Below, in pieces: positions 54,757 through 57,324 of a DNA stretch of 57,324 nucleotides. Both the position numbers and the translations under genes were made by a program. Each line of letters opens with the position of its first letter. Position 1 is the stretch's first letter. The notes below the pieces were generated by a model. That model searched no databases, was not told the origin of the DNA, and saw only the letters and a list, made by a program, of their open reading frames with translations. Source of the stretch: a virus (lineage: Duplodnaviria > Caudoviricetes). The stretch spans positions 1 through 57,324 of the IMG/VR virus record IMGVR_UViG_3300030329_003739. The stretch is one strand, 5' to 3'.

Positions 54757-55716
54757 CTAAAGTTCAATATCACTAAACACATCTGCATTAACATTAATAT
54801 TTGCCTCGTATTCTGCCCGTCGTGCAGACTCTTCGACTGACTCTACGAGTTTGTTGAACTCATCCATCTCAGATAGCAGTGGTCTCAACAACGCAACCTC
54901 TGCCCTCCACTTCTCACCTATATTCTTGCGGACTTGTATGACATGCTTGGTTTGATTTTCTCTTTTGTTGAGTTCATCAAGCTCAGCCTGTATCTTTACG
55001 AAGTCTTCCCGCACTACATCGAATAGAGATTTCATACTCTCCGGCGATGATGATGGTGGGAAGTCTCGTATAACAATACCCATGTCACCAAGATTCTTAG
55101 CTAGCAATGTCCAGTCTTCACTGTCCTTGCTGTGCATCCAGTAAACCCTGGAGTCTAGCTGCTTAACAAAGAAATTTCTTTCGACATATCTTTGAAGGCT
55201 TTCGTTCACCTGAGTGGAATCAATGGTGTCCTCATACTTAGCCCAGTATTTCTTTACTAGATAGTTAACACTAGGTATAAGAGGATTGCTAGAATCCTTT
55301 GGGTCTTCAATAGGCTTCGTGTCCTTCTTCCTGGAAAAGAATTTTATTTCAGGATCTTTCTTCTCTGGATAATCCAAGTCGTCATGCTTAACTAACCTAA
55401 CGCAACACACGAACACATACTCCGTATCACCCTCATCGTTCTGATAGTTGTATCCGATCTCGTACTTATCTCTGCGTCCATCCTCCCTATCCCAGCTACG
55501 CCACATAGGAGTAATGACTGGCCTGAACCTAGTAATACCATATGAGCTACTCTTCCAGTTAGACATCGCTCTGTTAAGTACATACTTAAAGTTCTTGGAT
55601 AGATCTACATCAGGTGCAACGTGACTGCCCATTTCATTTGAGTATTCCTCATGGCTGACACGCTTACCCTTCCACATAATGATGTGGCCCATTGCTTCAT
55701 TCGTTGTCGAGCTCAT
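54757..55716 (-). CDS. hypothetical protein upstream of the AAA-vWA pair
   Basis: 319-aa ORF with C-terminal coiled coil. Confidence 0.7.
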   Translation of the reverse strand: MSSTTNEAMGHIIMWKGKRVSHEEYSNEMGSHVAPDVDLSKNFKYVLNRAMSNWKSSSYGITRFRPVITPMWRSWDREDGRRDKYEIGYNYQNDEGDTEYVFVCCVRLVKHDDLDYPEKKDPEIKFFSRKKDTKPIEDPKDSSNPLIPSVNYLVKKYWAKYEDTIDSTQVNESLQRYVERNFFVKQLDSRVYWMHSKDSEDWTLLAKNLGDMGIVIRDFPPSSSPESMKSLFDVVREDFVKIQAELDELNKRENQTKHVIQVRKNIGEKWRAEVALLRPLLSEMDEFNKLVESVEESARRAEYEANINVNADVFSDIEL

Positions 55717-56026
55717 CGTTTATATTCCTTTCTAACTTGTCGATGATTTTATTCTTTTCTTCCTGTGTAATTTCTACGTCAGCTAGGATTTCTGTTATTG
55801 CTTTGAAGCTATTCTGAATCTGTTCAATAGGCACACAGATAGAATGCTTAACGCCATTCTCATCCTCGTGTAACTGAACAATATCTAATAGCCCATCAAC
55901 CACACCAGCTAGCATAGTTATTAGTGGTCCAGCCATGTCATGCTTACCATCCTTGAGCTTCATGACAAAGCCTTCGACTCCGTACTCACCTTCTGTTGAG
56001 ATCTTAATTAAATACTTTTCACTCAC
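55697..56026 (-). CDS. hypothetical protein
   Basis: AAGGAGA RBS, GTG start. Confidence 0.7.
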   Translation of the reverse strand: MSEKYLIKISTEGEYGVEGFVMKLKDGKHDMAGPLITMLAGVVDGLLDIVQLHEDENGVKHSICVPIEQIQNSFKAITEILADVEITQEEKNKIIDKLERNINDELDNE

Positions 56027-56225
56027 TAGTTTTCTCCTTATCTAGTGCTGGTTTATAGACAGGTAACGCGCGTAACTTCCGATGCTCCGCTTCAACTTCA
56101 TTACCTAGGTCTGGGTTCTCTTCCATTGATAGTAGATCCTGCATCTCCATCTCATCTAGATATTGATGGTATGCAGGGTCGTTATATGGATCGTCTTTAT
56201 ACAAGTGATGTAGCTCGTCGCTCAT
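56019..56225 (-). CDS. small acidic hypothetical protein
   Basis: AAGGAGGAG RBS. Confidence 0.65.
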   Translation of the reverse strand: MSDELHHLYKDDPYNDPAYHQYLDEMEMQDLLSMEENPDLGNEVEAEHRKLRALPVYKPALDKEKTSE

Positions 56226-57180
56226 CTTTCTCCTCCTTTACTTGATGCCATAATGGTCCACGACCCCAGTCATTTAATTTCATGACTGATTTGTCAGAAC
56301 CATTCTTCAATTTATTTATGTGGTACTCAAGCCTTTCCCTCGATGGTATTCTCCAGTTACTTTTGATTACCAATAGCTTCCATCCCAGCTCTTTGATTTT
56401 GGAATTCCTTTCTCTGTCTTGCTTCCTTCTTTGCCCGTCACCATGCCAGAAGAATGAATCATATTCAATTACAATCTTGTCATTAGGTAACGCAGCATCT
56501 GCATATCTCCCCTCTGAAAGTTTGTAATTAACAATCGCATTTATATTCCTAGCCATTTTAATTTGTGCATCGCTGGCTAATTTCCCATTTACAAATTGCC
56601 TGCAGTTAGGACATGATTTTAATTTCACCATATTCTGATAGCTATGATTTAATACGCATCCGTTTTTACATTTCCAAACTGTTGGAAGTGTCGTATTCTT
56701 TGGCACCGAGTCACCAATCCATTCAATCCCTTTGCTTTTTCTAGCTAACAAATAATCTTTTTTAGTTTTTCGATTCTTTGGTGTGTGGTTTTCATGCTTA
56801 CATTTATTACACCCATAAAGGATTGCATTCCTTAGAGATTTATTAACCACATGACCACACTTACCAATCCAATCTACTTTTTCTTTGTGGTGTGCTGGTT
56901 TAAACTCGTTAAGAGGAACAAATCCATTTTGTTTGGCCAGCCTTAAACCTTCATCGTATTTGTTTTGTCTTTTTGATTTCTCAATAGATGAACATTTTTG
57001 ACACTGCCCCTTCCCTGTTTTAGATACTTTGAGTTTTAATTTTGAAAGGGATACGCTTACATCATGTCCGTTTTGACATATCCATTCTGTAGAATCGGCT
57101 AATAGTCTAGGCTTTTTCTTGCCCTTCCATTTCCAATTTATAGAGTTCGCTAATTCTTTTATCTCTTTAACACTTATCAT
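56197..57180 (-). CDS. zinc-ribbon repeat protein with C-terminal Vsr/DUF559-like endonuclease; homing-endonuclease-like
   Basis: Repeated W.C..GH...C..C units; DA.L...KIVIEYDSFFWH...D.ERN...GWKLLVI; visibly AT-richer; AGGAGG RBS. Confidence 0.8.
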   Translation of the reverse strand: MISVKEIKELANSINWKWKGKKKPRLLADSTEWICQNGHDVSVSLSKLKLKVSKTGKGQCQKCSSIEKSKRQNKYDEGLRLAKQNGFVPLNEFKPAHHKEKVDWIGKCGHVVNKSLRNAILYGCNKCKHENHTPKNRKTKKDYLLARKSKGIEWIGDSVPKNTTLPTVWKCKNGCVLNHSYQNMVKLKSCPNCRQFVNGKLASDAQIKMARNINAIVNYKLSEGRYADAALPNDKIVIEYDSFFWHGDGQRRKQDRERNSKIKELGWKLLVIKSNWRIPSRERLEYHINKLKNGSDKSVMKLNDWGRGPLWHQVKEEKDERRATSLV

Positions 57181-57194
57181 TTGTATCTCCTCCT

Positions 57195-57313
57195 ACTGGT
57201 AGCGGGCTGACGAGTACATCTAGATCCCCACCTAGTGTGCACTCGAGAGTCTGTGCACAGACTCGTCAACCCTACCCAGTTCTACCAACGTGATACCTCT
57301 AGCTGGGCATCAC
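57195..57313 (-). other. structured leader with nested inverted repeats
   Basis: GGGCTGACGAGT (57204-57215) / ACTCGTCAACCC (57261-57272); perfect 18-bp palindrome 57247-57264; hairpin 57290-57313. Confidence 0.6.
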
Positions 57314-57324
57314 TCGTTATTACA

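Noticed and set aside
57204-57272. Hammerhead ribozyme (CTGACGA...GAGA...TC on the + strand)
   Set aside because: GAAA is GAGA, stem II is out of register and stem I cannot form; CTGACGAG is part of a simple inverted repeat
1-57324. tRNA genes, reverse transcriptase/DGR, alternative genetic code
   Set aside because: No cloverleaf or RT motifs noticed by eye, and long genes are intact in the standard code with all three stop codons in use; tRNAscan-SE would be needed to exclude tRNAs formally

Overview
This window is most or all of a tailed dsDNA phage genome with podovirus-like architecture; no tape measure, sheath, DNA polymerase, primase or endolysin was recognised. The + strand (0.7-40.5 kb) carries an operon of very acidic and very Arg/Gly-rich low-complexity proteins, then scaffold, major capsid, decoration protein, small and large terminase, portal, adaptor, nozzle, a collar-like protein and about 14 kb of putative internal virion/ejection proteins. 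The - strand (40.5-57.2 kb) carries two structural genes, RusA, an M19 dipeptidase, an SF2 helicase, a ParB-like protein, ERF, a RecE-like exonuclease, an RNA polymerase alpha-CTD-like protein, an HTH protein, a serine resolvase, SSB, a MoxR-like AAA/vWA pair and a Vsr/DUF559-like nuclease. A small + strand membrane/structural island interrupts this arm at 49.0-50.6 kb. The most notable unexplained signals are: (1) five intergenic copies of a 23-bp palindrome, TAA-N-ATGACA-AAA-TGTCAT-N-TTA, spread along the genome, possibly a parS/operator network for the phage ParB-like or HTH protein; (2) a coiled-coil gene with its own RBS nested out of frame inside the vWA gene; (3) a twin-arginine (Tat) motif at the N-terminus of a 1618-aa putative ejection protein; (4) a recurring RNA hairpin with a conserved loop and several candidate structured RNAs; (5) charge-complementary disordered proteins with dockerin/EF-hand loops. 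All product calls come from motif recognition by eye, with no database searches. A Planctomycetota host is only an inference.
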